Origin: Octopus bimaculoides
Lineage: Eukaryota
Length of the DNA stretch: 46,031 nucleotides
Direction of reading: 5' to 3'
NCBI RefSeq assembly: GCF_001194135.2
Contig: NC_068981.1
Location: forward strand, 103,177,244-103,223,274
Of this stretch, positions 1-11,289 are shown in pieces. The notes beneath the pieces are model-generated. The model saw nothing but the letters and a program-made list of their open reading frames with translations, did not search any database and was not told where the DNA came from. Position numbers and translations under genes: made by a program. Numbering within the stretch: the first letter of the stretch is position 1; the number at the start of each line of letters is the position of its first letter.

Positions 1-47
<47 letters not shown>

Positions 48-270
48 ATCTGTGAGTGTATCTGTGAGTGTGAGAGTGTGAGTGTTTTATCAGCGCCAGC
101 AAAATTACTTCAATGTTATGGCAGATTAATAGCCGCCCAGGAAAGGTTTTATTGCTTCTTTTCTGTAACTTCTTTCACTCAAAACCTCTAACTGCCTCTC
201 CTTCTATTCCACCTCCCTTTCCTTCTTTTTTTTCTCTTCTTGACGCAACTAGCACTCAACGCCATCTGTA

Positions 271-326
<56 letters not shown>

Positions 327-774
327 TCCTCCCCCTCTCTCTTTCCTGTTGATATTCTTTTCCTCTTGTCCTTTTTTTCTCTTTCCCTTTCTCTAACAAA
401 ATCTCTTTCGCAAACAAATAAAGACTTTACATTTTCACTGCAATTTCTCTCACACTAAACTCCATGTCGTTCTTCAAATTCACCACAGCCAATGCTCCAC
501 TCCTTTTGCTTCCCCTCCCTTCAGTCACTCTCTTTCACTGTCATTCATTCATTCATTCACTGATTCTTTCTTTTTGTCTATGTTTTAGTCCAGTTTCCTA
601 TGTTTCGGAATGACGAATTGACTCTTTTACACAGACGCGAGCACGCGCTCGTCTCCCCCACCCCACACACTTATTCTTCCGCCTGTTACTTTTCTTCTCC
701 AACATCCACGAACCCTTCTTTCCCACTATAGGTAACAAGCACTGATTTCTTTTCTTTCACGTCTTCTCTCTCTC

Positions 775-839
<65 letters not shown>

Positions 840-840
840 C
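1..840. repeat. (TA)n/(TG)n and (TC)n microsatellites in a pyrimidine-rich tract
   Basis: (TA)n 3-38, (TC)n about 276-322 and 767-835, read directly. Confidence 0.95.
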
Positions 841-1068
841 CTTATCAAGGATGCGTGTTGTTGATTTTTCTTTCACCTCGTCTCCTTCTCTCCCTTCTCC
901 ATCTATATCCATTTCTTCATGACACCTTTTGAAATTGAAAGCTCAACAACTTTATGCGAACAAACAGTTAAATTTTTCTTATTTATAATTTATCTCACCG
1001 TCATCTATTCAATGTAATCTAACTGGAAGCCTGTTAGAAATAGCAGCCAAATTTCCCTCCTTTTACTC

Positions 1069-1325
1069 GGGCGGAGAATTTGCAGCGTCATTGGAGCGGT
1101 TGACGGAATGCTAAACGCTAATTTTTTCGACTTTGCACCCTGAGTTCAATTTCCGTCGTTTTCTTCCTTGCTTTTTCTCCGTTTGGGGTCAATAAGAAAT
1201 TCCACTCAAAGGTCAAGGTGATGAATTTTCGGAGATGTAAGAACGTGCTACTTCATGCTTTGTGGTATTTGTTCTGGCTCCTTGAGTTCTGAGTTCAAGT
1301 CCCGCCATGGTCTACGTTGGTGGTA
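1069..1325 (+). mobile_element. Two degenerate tRNA-derived SINE fragments (family A)
   Basis: ggcggagaatttgcag...ctgagttcaatttcc and ttctgagttcaagtcccgcc match the A/B-box head of the better-preserved family A copies at 2266, 25660 and 43845. Confidence 0.5.
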
Positions 1326-1680
1326 GACTTCATCCGTCAACAGGCTTAACGTAGTCTGTTGTAAGAATTCGGGCTAGGTTTCTGATTGGAAGATATCTTC
1401 CTTCTTCCCTTTCACCACCCTCAGATGCTCTTAAGATCATACGATCTGCCATCCCTCTGATTCAAAGACAAAATTTTAAAAACTGGAAAAGGAAAGATAC
1501 AGTGAATGTATTCCTACATACATTGTGCTTCAAAGCAAATAAATAAATAAATAAAAAGGGATAGCCACGACTGGACTCTATGGTCAGAGTTGATTTAAAA
1601 TTTTGGCGCAAGGACAGCAAATTTGTGAGAGGAGAGAAGACGGTTACATCGATCCTTGTAACCTTTCATTTAATCACGAT

Positions 1681-1775
1681 ATCTTTGGCCTGAAGAGTAG
1701 CCTGCAGTATACACCTCGCTTGGATACTTACCACTTCCAAGGTTCCGCTCGCTATGAAACATATGTAGCCCAGAT
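1681..1775 (+). ncRNA. Minimal type-I hammerhead ribozyme motif with canonical core
   Basis: ATCT-TT-GGC / CTGAAGA (1690-1696) / GTAGC..GCTAT helix II / GAAAC-ATAT-GTA (1756-1767) / GCC-C-AGAT. Helix III is the palindrome ACATATGT; cleavage triplet GUA. Confidence 0.75.
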
Positions 1776-2031
1776 CTTACCAACTCCATTCCTTCACTCT
1801 TGTATTCTTATTCGCATACCCGGCAACCCTGGTTGCCTACCGTAAAGTATAAAAAGGACTTTTTCAATTTATCGTACTTCAACAAGAAAAAAATCCACAA
1901 CCTTCCGTCTCAATAAACTACTATTGTCCCTGAAAGTTGTTTTTTATATTTACTACGGTTTGCTTGAAGCTAACTTTCTTCCTACACCTCGATCCATGGA
2001 TCTTATATTTATTTATATTCTTTTATTCTTT

Positions 2032-2173
2032 TGCCGAACCGCTAAGTTAGGGGGACGTAAACACATAAACATCGGGTGTCAAGCGATGGTGGGCGGACAA
2101 ACACAGAATCACAAATATATATATATATATATACGACGGGCTTCTTTCAGTTTCCCTCTATCAAATCCACTCA
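2032..2173 (-). mobile_element. SINE family B internal fragment
   Basis: gccgaaccgctaagtt...acgacgggcttctttcagtttcc matches the copies at 19993-20405 and 35350-36037. Confidence 0.85.
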
Positions 2174-2265
2174 TATATTGGTTCTTTATGATTGACTAAA
2201 ACTTCACTCAAATTTCTGGACATGTATCTAGGTTACAAAATATCGTATATTATACATTGCAATTC

Positions 2266-2478
2266 AGGCGGGGAGCTGATAGAAACGTTAGCACTCAGAA
2301 CAAAATGCTTAGAAGAATTTCGTCTGTCTTTACGTTCTGAGTTCAAGCGTTGCCAAGGTCGATTTTGCCTTTCACACTCTCGGGGTCGGTTAAAAAAAAA
2401 ATATCATTTGAGCACTGGAATTGATGTAGTCGACTAACCACTCCTCCAAAATTCCAAACATTGTGCCCTTCGTAGAAT
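2266..2478 (+). mobile_element. tRNA-derived SINE family A, near full length
   Basis: ggcggggagctgatagaaacgttagc head, ctgagttcaag B-box, ggggtcg core. Homologous to about ten other copies in the window. Confidence 0.85.
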
Positions 2479-2879
2479 TAATTATATATCGCAATTTGTG
2501 GGCAACAGTATCGTTAGTTACAGTTTTCCAATAAGCCAGTCATCGCATTTAAAATGGAGTCAGTGACAAGGAGGGTTTCTGTAAATCGCTACGGAACAAA
2601 TATTTTGAGGGAACTCGTTTGTTGATAACAGAATATTCCTTTCGATTTTCTCGCTGATATATTACGACAAAAGATACACTCATGCATATATTTAGATGTA
2701 TGTGCTTGTATTCTTTTCTCATATTTTCCAATCCTTATGGAGTCGTAAGAGCACCGTTGTGACAGAGAGAGATAGAGGACAGAGAGAGATAGAGGACAGA
2801 GACAGATAAAAGACGAACAAGAAGAAGAATCGATCTCAGCGACAGTTTAGTCATCCATCGACCCCCAAAATATGGGAAA

Positions 2880-2960
2880 AAAATTTGACCCCTCAGTGGA
2901 AATCGAACTCTGTACACTTAGCAGAAAGTATTCGATTCCCCACACTAACGAACTTCGCCG
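2880..2960 (-). mobile_element. Degenerate tRNA-like SINE head
   Basis: The minus strand reads ggcgaagttcgttag...gagttcgatttcc (A-box- and B-box-like), with no cloverleaf. Confidence 0.3.
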
Positions 2961-4477
2961 AGTCATCGCCTGTTTGTGCGTGTGTGTGTGATCGTGTGTA
3001 AGATGGGATTCTGCAGTGTCTGTTTACTAAGTTCCACATAGAAAGTTTGGCCCAAAATTCTGCTATGGTAGAAGTTTGTAATTATCTGATATGATAAGAA
3101 GCCATTGTATTCATTGCTTGTCGAACGGGTGGTTAAGAATAACAGTCTACCTTTGTATTCACAACGTAAATACCAATTCTCCTACTATATATTCAACTAT
3201 ATGTGATTGTGTGTGTGAGCGTGCGTATGTAACTATATAAGTTGAAAAGTACTCTTACACAAGCACACACATTCATTCATTCGTACGTACGTAAACACAC
3301 NNNNNNNNNNNNNNNNNNNNNNNNNNNNNNNNNNNNNNNNNNNNNNNNNNNNNNNNNNNNNNNNNNNNNNNNNNNNNNNNNNNNNNNNNNNNNNNNNNNN
3401 NNNNNNNNNNNNNNNNNNNNNNNNNNNNNNNNNNNNNNNNNNNNNNNNNNNNNNNNNNNNNNNNNNNNNNNNNNNNNNNNNNNNNNNNNNNNNNNNNNNN
3501 NNNNNNNNNNNNNNNNNNNNNNNNNNNNNNNNNNNNNNNNNNNNNNNNNNNNNNNNNNNNNNNNNNNNNNNNNNNNNNNNNNNNNNNNNNNNNNNNNNNN
3601 NNNNNNNNNNNNNNNNNNNNNNNNNNNNNNNNNNNNNNNNNNNNNNNNNNNNNNNNNNNNNNNNNNNNNNNNNNNNNNNNNNNNNNNNNNNNNNNNNNNN
3701 NNNNNNNNNNNNNNNNNNNNNNNNNNNNNNNNNNNNNNNNNNNNNNNNNNNNNNNNNNNNNNNNNNNNNNNNNNNNNNNNNNNNNNNNNNNNNNNNNNNN
3801 NNNNNNNNNNNNNNNNNNNNNNNNNNNNNNNNNNNNNNNNNNNNNNNNNNNNNNNNNNNNNNNNNNNNNNNNNNNNNNNNNNNNNNNNNNNNNNNNNNNN
3901 NNNNNNNNNNNNNNNNNNNNNNNNNNNNNNNNNNNNNNNNNNNNNNNNNNNNNNNNNNNNNNNNNNNNNNNNNNNNNNNNNNNNNNNNNNNNNNNNNNNN
4001 NNNNNNNNNNNNNNNNNNNNNNNNNNNNNNNNNNNNNNNNNNNNNNNNNNNNGAAATAAACAAACAAAAGGCTGTACAGCCAGACGTGAAGTGTGTATGT
4101 CTAGAACGCTGTGAAGTACGTACAGGAGGGGCAAAGAAGTACGTGCGAGCTTGGTGATTCCAAGAACGGAAAGAAATAGCAGCCGCACACACGTGACCAA
4201 GGCTGTATGAAGAGAAAGAGTAGCAGAGGGAAAAGGAGGGGAGGAAGTAGAATAAAAGTGAGCAACGAGAGGTAGAGAGAGAGAGAGAGTAGTAACGGTG
4301 AGAGGCGAAGGACGAGTAACAAGAGATGAGAAAGTTGGTATGTGAAAGCACGTGGCTGGATGTATAAAAGATAAGAGTGAAAAAACTACAGAAGGCTTGT
4401 GTTACATGGTTAAAGTATATATTTAAATTGTCAGAAAAATGTTATAAAATTTTTTTGGTATATAAACATTGTATTTG

Positions 4478-4516
4478 GAGAAATAACCGGTTTCGTGTTG
4501 TCTTTTCAAATTTCTC
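4478..4516 (-). ncRNA. Minimal hammerhead motif, U3:A8 variant
   Basis: Minus strand: GAGAAAT TTGAAAA G-ACAACA-C GAAAC CG GT T ATTTCTC. Perfect 7-bp helix I; palindrome ACCGGT. Confidence 0.55.
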
Positions 4517-4612
4517 TACTTCATTGTAACATGTGTTCGCTCCATAAAAAATTAACAGAATGAGATAAAAAAAATCCAAGGCTATGAAAGATTTCAGAAC
4601 ATTTATAAAGAG

Positions 4613-4660
4613 GTCTTACAGCTGTTTTCAGGATATTTTATATATCCCTTCATCAGAGAC
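4613..4660 (-). ncRNA. Penelope-type minimal hammerhead motif with one extra A
   Basis: Minus strand: GTCT CTGATGA A GGGATAT ATAAA ATATCCT GAAA-A-C AGCT GT A AGAC. Palindrome ACAGCTGT. Confidence 0.7.
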
Positions 4661-4684
4661 GGTGCGAGAAAATGGTTAAGTAGT

Positions 4685-5287
4685 AGTTATTATAGAGAAG
4701 ATATGAAATACAGAGTGTAAATAACACCTTGAAGAAGATGCTTGTTTTCCATTCACCAAAGTGACGGAGCTTTGGCCGGGAGAAACTGATGTCATCAGAT
4801 GGTCATCGGGTGTTTTTAACCCTGAAGCATATCCCCCTCCCTTTGGTGGACTAGAGGAGGTGACAAGATCACTGCTTCTCATCTCCTACTGGCTTCTAGC
4901 TTAACTCCTCCCTCTTGCTCCATTACCAGTAAGAGGCTGTTTCTGCTGTCTCTCCCATCCTGTGCACAGCCACCCTTCGCTTTTTTCCTCTCTTGGGGAA
5001 ACTTTCCGACTTAGAGAAACTGAAGTCTCTCGCCTATGGTCACTTTTGTATGCCATGATTAGAATCCATATAGCGTGTGTTTCTTTTTCTTGTCCTCACT
5101 GGCTTTTCTTCTTTCATGAGCTTAATTACTGCTGTTGTTTTCCCCTGATGACAATGTTTCTTGAGCCTTACCTGCTCCAGGGTGTGAGAGTGTACTACAA
5201 ACACCTTGTTATGGCGCCACGCGTATCTCCCTTGAGTAAGTGTTATTTTGCAAATTTGCACCCTGACAAGAAGTGTACCAGAGTACC
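4685..5287 (-). mobile_element. Decayed 3' part of a HERO-like (RLE-type) non-LTR retrotransposon, internally deleted
   Basis: Manual translation gives GTLVHFLSGCK..ITLTQGRYAWRHNKV (end of the CCHC knuckle), KLMKEEKPV, then RRVAVHRMGETAETASYW*WSKREELS*KPVGDEKQ* (stop 4869-4871). These match the HERO ORF C-terminus as I recall it; stops and frameshifts are present. Confidence 0.75.
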
Positions 5288-5399
5288 CCTTTAAAGACAG
5301 ACGAAATTCTGTGTGAAAGGACGGCTAGATTGTAAAATTTTTTTTTTTTACAATCCAGCTGAATTACAATCCACACGGAATTTCGTTTATCTTTAAACC

Positions 5400-5483
5400 A
5401 TAGCTCTGATGAAACTTTTATATGTGAAGTGAATTGTTTATATATCAAAAAATGTATATAAGTCGAAACAAATTGTTGGCTAT
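5400..5483 (+). ncRNA. Type-I hammerhead motif with long helix II
   Basis: ATAGCT CTGATGA A-ACTTTTATATGT...ATGTATATAAGT-C GAAAC AAATT GT T GGCTAT. 6-bp helix I; near-palindrome ACA(A)ATTGT. Confidence 0.65.
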
Positions 5484-7623
5484 TTTGTTTTAATGATTTT
5501 CAAATGTTATCTTATATTATATTATATTCATAGTATATTATGTTGTATTGTAATATAAATAAATTATTGGATTTCCAACTGTATCTCCCTATTTAATTTA
5601 TTGTTTATAATTTGCATTATATCCATATTTATGTGGTATTCAACTGACGTACCAGTGAATTGGATATTTTACACACCCCTTTCAAGGAATTCCTTTCCTT
5701 AGTTTGTTACTATATGTATGTGTGTGTGTGTGTGGGGGGGGGTATGTGTTTGTATTCAATATGTTCATTAACAGGTTTACATTACTATCCAAAATATGGG
5801 TCTGTTCATTCGGGCTGCTTATTGGCTGTAAACATCACATATACTTTTTCTCTGACACCACCAATGTGTACAGTAGACGCCAGATATTGGCACTGAGCAT
5901 AAAATGCATTGAATTTGCCAGTCTTGAATTGCACGAAGAAGTTCCTTAGAGTTGAAAAATGGCTAAATTCCGATCTGAAACATGAGTGTAAGCCATGCAT
6001 TTTGAGGGAAGATATATTCGTTAAATCTTCTCCAGTAATTTGCATGCAATTAATTCTAAATATATATTCTTTTAAAAGAATAACAATATGTCTTTTCCTC
6101 TACAGTAACTCGATATACTCTAACTTACGCCGGTAACTGGTTCTAATACATGCAACTAAACTCAAAGAACATCGTAACACACAGACAAAAAAAAAAAACA
6201 TTGAAAAATATATTAGCGTATATCTGTTTTAATAAATGGTTTGTACGTAGTTTCGAATGCATTTTATTTGATTTTCCAACTCAGGACTGATCTTTAGTTG
6301 CTTCTTTTTCTTCAATACTTTTTTTTAGATATGTTCGCAAAACTGACGTTAAATCAGATAAATCGACTGAAGTTTCGGTTTATTTTTACATTAATATCTT
6401 NNNNNNNNNNNNNNNNNNNNNNNNNNNNNNNNNNNNNNNNNNNNNNNNNNNNNNNNNNNNNNNNNNNNNNNNNNNNNNNNNNNNNNNNNNNNNNNNNNNN
6501 NNNNNNNNNNNNNNNNNNNNNNNNNNNNNNNNNNNNNNNNNNNNNNNNNNNNNNNNNNNNNNNNNNNNNNNNNNNNNNNNNNNNNNNNNNNNNNNNNNNN
6601 NNNNNNNNNNNNNNNNNNNNNNNNNNNNNNNNNNNNNNNNNNNNNNNNNNNNNNNNNNNNNNNNNNNNNNNNNNNNNAGAAAAAGATTATCAAAAGTCTT
6701 TGAGAATAATAAAAATGTTAAAAAACAGTTCGAGTATTAAAATGCATATGTACATTCTTTGATGATAAAATATATTTAAAGTATAAAGCTTTGTATGAAC
6801 TTTGTATTGTTACATACTGATTATCACACATTCTCTGATATTAAAATGAAAATGTTAAAAACAGTGTATGAAAATACACATATGGAAAATACATATACAT
6901 ATACATATTCTTATACATATTCTTTGACAATCGAATAAAGTTGAGGAGGAACTGACCTGGCTTTTTTCTCTTGTGTATATTGAGGGAATGTTTTACTGTC
7001 TTGTGTAAATACAATCTCTCAGATACACTTAAAAATCTGTATATTTAGGATTGTGAGATGTTCATAGCTTTCTCTTGCGTAGATGAAATGAAGAGAACAC
7101 AAGAGGGAATCGAAACTGTAAAATGAAACTGCAGGGTTTACTTTCAACCTTAATCTGAGACATCCTTATTTACTTATAACATGCACTTTTCCAGAAAGAT
7201 TTCATAAGGTTCCTTATATCATGTACTGAATAACCTTCTGCACTAGAGATGTACAAAATGAATGGAAAGCATTACACTTGAAATGTCAACTAAAAGAATG
7301 ACAATAAAAAGAAAGAGAAAAAGAATATAAAGTGTAAATGAAGTAATAAAGAAAATAAAACAGACGGAAATGAAGTAAATGGAGAAACTGAGAGATAGAT
7401 ACACAAATATGTACATACATATTATATGCATGCATATTAAATGTATGTGTGTGTGTGAATGTGTGCGTGTGTGTGTATAAACACGAAAATACATTTGTGC
7501 ATGGTTATTATATATATATATATATATATACACACACGACATATTTGAGCATGATCATGACGGATGGAAACTATACACACATACACACACACACACACTG
7601 GCATATATATATGTACACATACA

Positions 7624-7671
<48 letters not shown>

Positions 7672-7674
<3 letters not shown>

Positions 7675-8041
7675 GCGTGGCTGTGTGGTAAGAAATTTGC
7701 TTCTCAACCATATGGTTCCGGTTTCAGCCTTACTGTGTGAAACCTTGAGCAAGAGTTTTCTTCTATAATCTCGGTAGCCTCGGGCCGGCGAAAGCCTGGT
7801 GAGTGGATTTCGTAGACGGAAACTGAAAGAAGCCCGTCGTATATACATATAAATATCTTTGTGTGTGTGTTTGCCTCCACGTCACACCTTGACAACCAGC
7901 ATTGTTGTGCTTATGTCGTCATAACCTTACGGTTCGGCAAAAGAGACTAGCAGTATAAGTATTAGGCTTAAAAAATAAGTACTGTGGTCAATTCATTCGG
8001 ATAACAATTTTTGAAAGGTAGTGCCCCAACATGGCCGCAGT

Positions 8042-8046
<5 letters not shown>
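7672..8046 (+). mobile_element. tRNA-derived SINE family B, near full length
   Basis: ggcgtggctgtgtggtaag A-box head, ccggtttcagcc B-box region, internal TA/TG tract, tail catggccgcagttaaatga. Confidence 0.9.
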
Positions 8047-8139
<93 letters not shown>

Positions 8140-8222
8140 NNNNNNNNNNNNNNNNNNNNNNNNNNNNNNNNNNNNNNNNNNNNNNNNNNNNNNNNNNNNN
8201 NNNNNNNNNNNNNNNNNNNNNN

Positions 8223-8283
<61 letters not shown>
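8047..8283. repeat. (GA)n - gap - (CA)n compound microsatellite
   Basis: Read directly. Confidence 0.95.
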
Positions 8284-8285
<2 letters not shown>

Positions 8286-9249
8286 AAACTCGGAAATGGT
8301 CATAGTTGAGACATTATGCTCAGGGATGATTTAAAGTTAAAAAGAAGATTCTTAATTGCTACTCCACCTTTTATTAAGATCTAAGATGTTAGGAGACTTA
8401 AAATTAAAAATATTCTAGCGATGACCACCGCATCATATTGTTTAGACATTGTACATTGAGGACCATATTACCCATTCAGTTACGAACTTCCTTTTTTAAG
8501 TAGTTAAAGTAGAGCCACCATCAAAAATTGAAAACATGTAAAATGCGGAAGATAATATTTTATTTAAGTTATTAATGAAAACAAACAAAATTTAGACAAT
8601 TATTTATTGTAGTGAGGATGACTAAAACGATTATCGTTTATGATATTATACATATATATGTATACACATCCACACGCACACACACACACATACACATGGG
8701 TACTGTCCTAATGTCGAGTAATATTTCTATCCAAAATAATAGAACTTTTTCCTTTGTTTACAACATGTTATATGTGGTGTATGATTGATGGTTATTGAAA
8801 ATCCAACTATTATACTAGGACTGACTTTGTATTTCGTTTCCTTAATGTTCTGATAGTGACTTTGCGAATCGACTTTCTTCACATTTGAAACTGTTATTCA
8901 ACCTTGAAAATTCTTACATAAACAACTAATTATCCCTTAAGTGCAAGCTTACAGTGTGGTCTAATCCAGCATCGGAGAAATGAAATGATAGCATTATAGC
9001 AGGAAAATGAAAAAACGAAACGAAGACATGTTTCTCTATGCGGAGATAAGAAAATGCAAAAGTTAGGCAAACTCCAAAACTATCATAAAGCGAAACCGTG
9101 CAACCCAAGTGCTGTGTAAAGCGAGGGTGACTACCTGCGTATGCATGTGTGTGTATATGTGTGTATGTGTGAGTATGTGTGTTGTGTGTGTGTGTGTGTG
9201 TGTGTATGTGTGTGTGTGCGCGTGTGTGCGTGCTTGTGAATGTCTAGAC

Positions 9250-9304
9250 ACATAAATTATAATGAATATCTCCCAAATGAAGTGAAACCGGTTTATAATT
9301 ATGT
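9250..9304 (+). ncRNA. Hammerhead-like motif, A3:U8 variant, weak helix II
   Basis: ACATAAATTATA ATGAATA TCTCCCAAATGAAGT GAAAC CG GT T TATAATTATGT. 11-bp helix I with one bulge. Confidence 0.4.
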
Positions 9305-10084
9305 ACATTCGTGTATTCGTGTATTATGTAATTTTGTAATTATGTGTTTTGGGATGTTTGATAGGGTATTAGGAAACAATTTGGAAGGAAAAATGTTTGT
9401 GGAAGGCATAATCATGAAGTGATTTGTTGTAATATATGTTTGAATATATGGTATGATATTTTGGAATTCGTAATGATGTATTTTAAAATAACCTGATTTT
9501 GAGTACGTTCTGTATTTTGAAATGATATGAAGATTGGACTTTGGAATTAATTAACAGCAAAAGGAATGGCACATTACCTTGTAATTATTCTTCCCTCGCG
9601 CGCGCGCACATCCATATTCACACACACATATATATGTTGTTATATATGTGTGTGTGTGTTTGTATAAACACGCACATACAAACACATATGCGTGCACGAA
9701 CACACACTAGCACTCACGCATGCATGCATACATGCAACTGATTGGATAAGGCTTCTACGTATTGATATTAAATATGTTTCCCAGAGATACACCATCGCGC
9801 CGCCGGTTTTCAAAAGGGTAAATAGAACAAAAAACAAAAACAGTTGTCAGAACAGCAGTGGATGTGTATTCTTATTTTTATGTTTCAATATTATTCAACT
9901 CAATAATAATATTACAATGTATAAAATAAAGGGTATCTTACAGAAGCTTGCATCAGTATCTTGGAAACGGTCAATCTCCCATATTCGAATCTTGTCAGCT
10001 AAATTTCATTTTTTTTTTCAAGAATCAATGAAATATTGAATCTGTTGCAAGATACATGTTCTATGCAGTAAGCTGGGCCCATAT

Positions 10085-10086
10085 GC

Positions 10087-10119
<33 letters not shown>

Positions 10120-10126
10120 TGTATAT

Positions 10127-10190
<64 letters not shown>

Positions 10191-10492
10191 NNNNNNNNNN
10201 NNNNNNNNNNNNNNNNNNNNNNNNNNNNNNNNNNNNNNNNNNNNNNNNNNNNNNNNNNNNNNNNNNNNNNNNNNNNNNNNNNNNNNNNNNNNNNNNNNNN
10301 NNNNNNNNNNNNNNNNNNNNNNNNNNNNNNNNNNNNNNNNNNNNNNNNNNNNNNNNNNNNNNNNNNNNNNNNNNNNNNNNNNNNNNNNNNNNNNNNNNNN
10401 NNNNNNNNNNNNNNNNNNNNNNNNNNNNNNNNNNNNNNNNNNNNNNATATATATATATATATATATATATGTCTGTGTTTCTGTGTTTCTCT

Positions 10493-10544
<52 letters not shown>

Positions 10545-11256
10545 ATTATTCATACATATTTTGAAAAATGGTTATTTTTTTGTAATATAAATAACATTGA
10601 AATTTTCAAATATATACAGTCGTGGTCGTCGTCAACGCTGCTGTCGGCTGTTCGTCATTTCCGTGTATTTCTCTCTATCTTTTTCCTTCTCATTTGTTAT
10701 GCTAGTAAAATGTATAATATCAATGTTATATTTGAATTCCTGTTGCTTTTGCTGAATGCTATTCTGAAACTTTCGCTATTTTATTCCCATTTTCTTCTTT
10801 TTTTTTATGATGATATTTTTTCATTTTTTTTTTTTTTGCATTTTATCTTAGAGCTTACCATATTCTAAACTTATTTAGACGTTTTCGATAGAGAAATGGT
10901 TTGATTTATATATCAATCCAAAGAAATATTGCAGTAATTTTTTAAGCAATTTTTTCTTCTTTTTTTTTCATTTTTACCTCACATCAAAAATAGTCATCTT
11001 TATGAAGAAGTTAACAATTAAAAGGCAAAAAAAATAAACAAGTAAAAGTAATAAAGGCCAAGAAAAAAAATTAAAATAAGATAGGAAAAAAATATGGTAC
11101 GAACGAAACTTATGTTACTGGTGCCACATTTATTCTGTTATTCAATTCGAACAGCTATGCATATGCTGATCATATTACATACATACATACGTACATACAT
11201 ACATACATACATACATACATACATGCATACATACATGCATACATACATACATACAT

Positions 11257-11289
<33 letters not shown>

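Noticed and set aside
1729-1840. Minus-strand exon-like segment (acggtag|GCAACC...GAAGTG|gtaagt)
   Set aside because: All three frames contain stops up to that donor, and the region overlaps the plus-strand hammerhead, which explains its composition better.
6129-6155. 27-nt minus-strand microexon candidate (LHVLEPVTG) with gtaagt donor
   Set aside because: Too short to distinguish from chance without transcript data.
9765-9815. Minus-strand TTGAAAA-CCGG..CTGG-GAAACATATTTA
   Set aside because: Core and helix II fit, but helix III has a C/U mismatch and there is no helix I.
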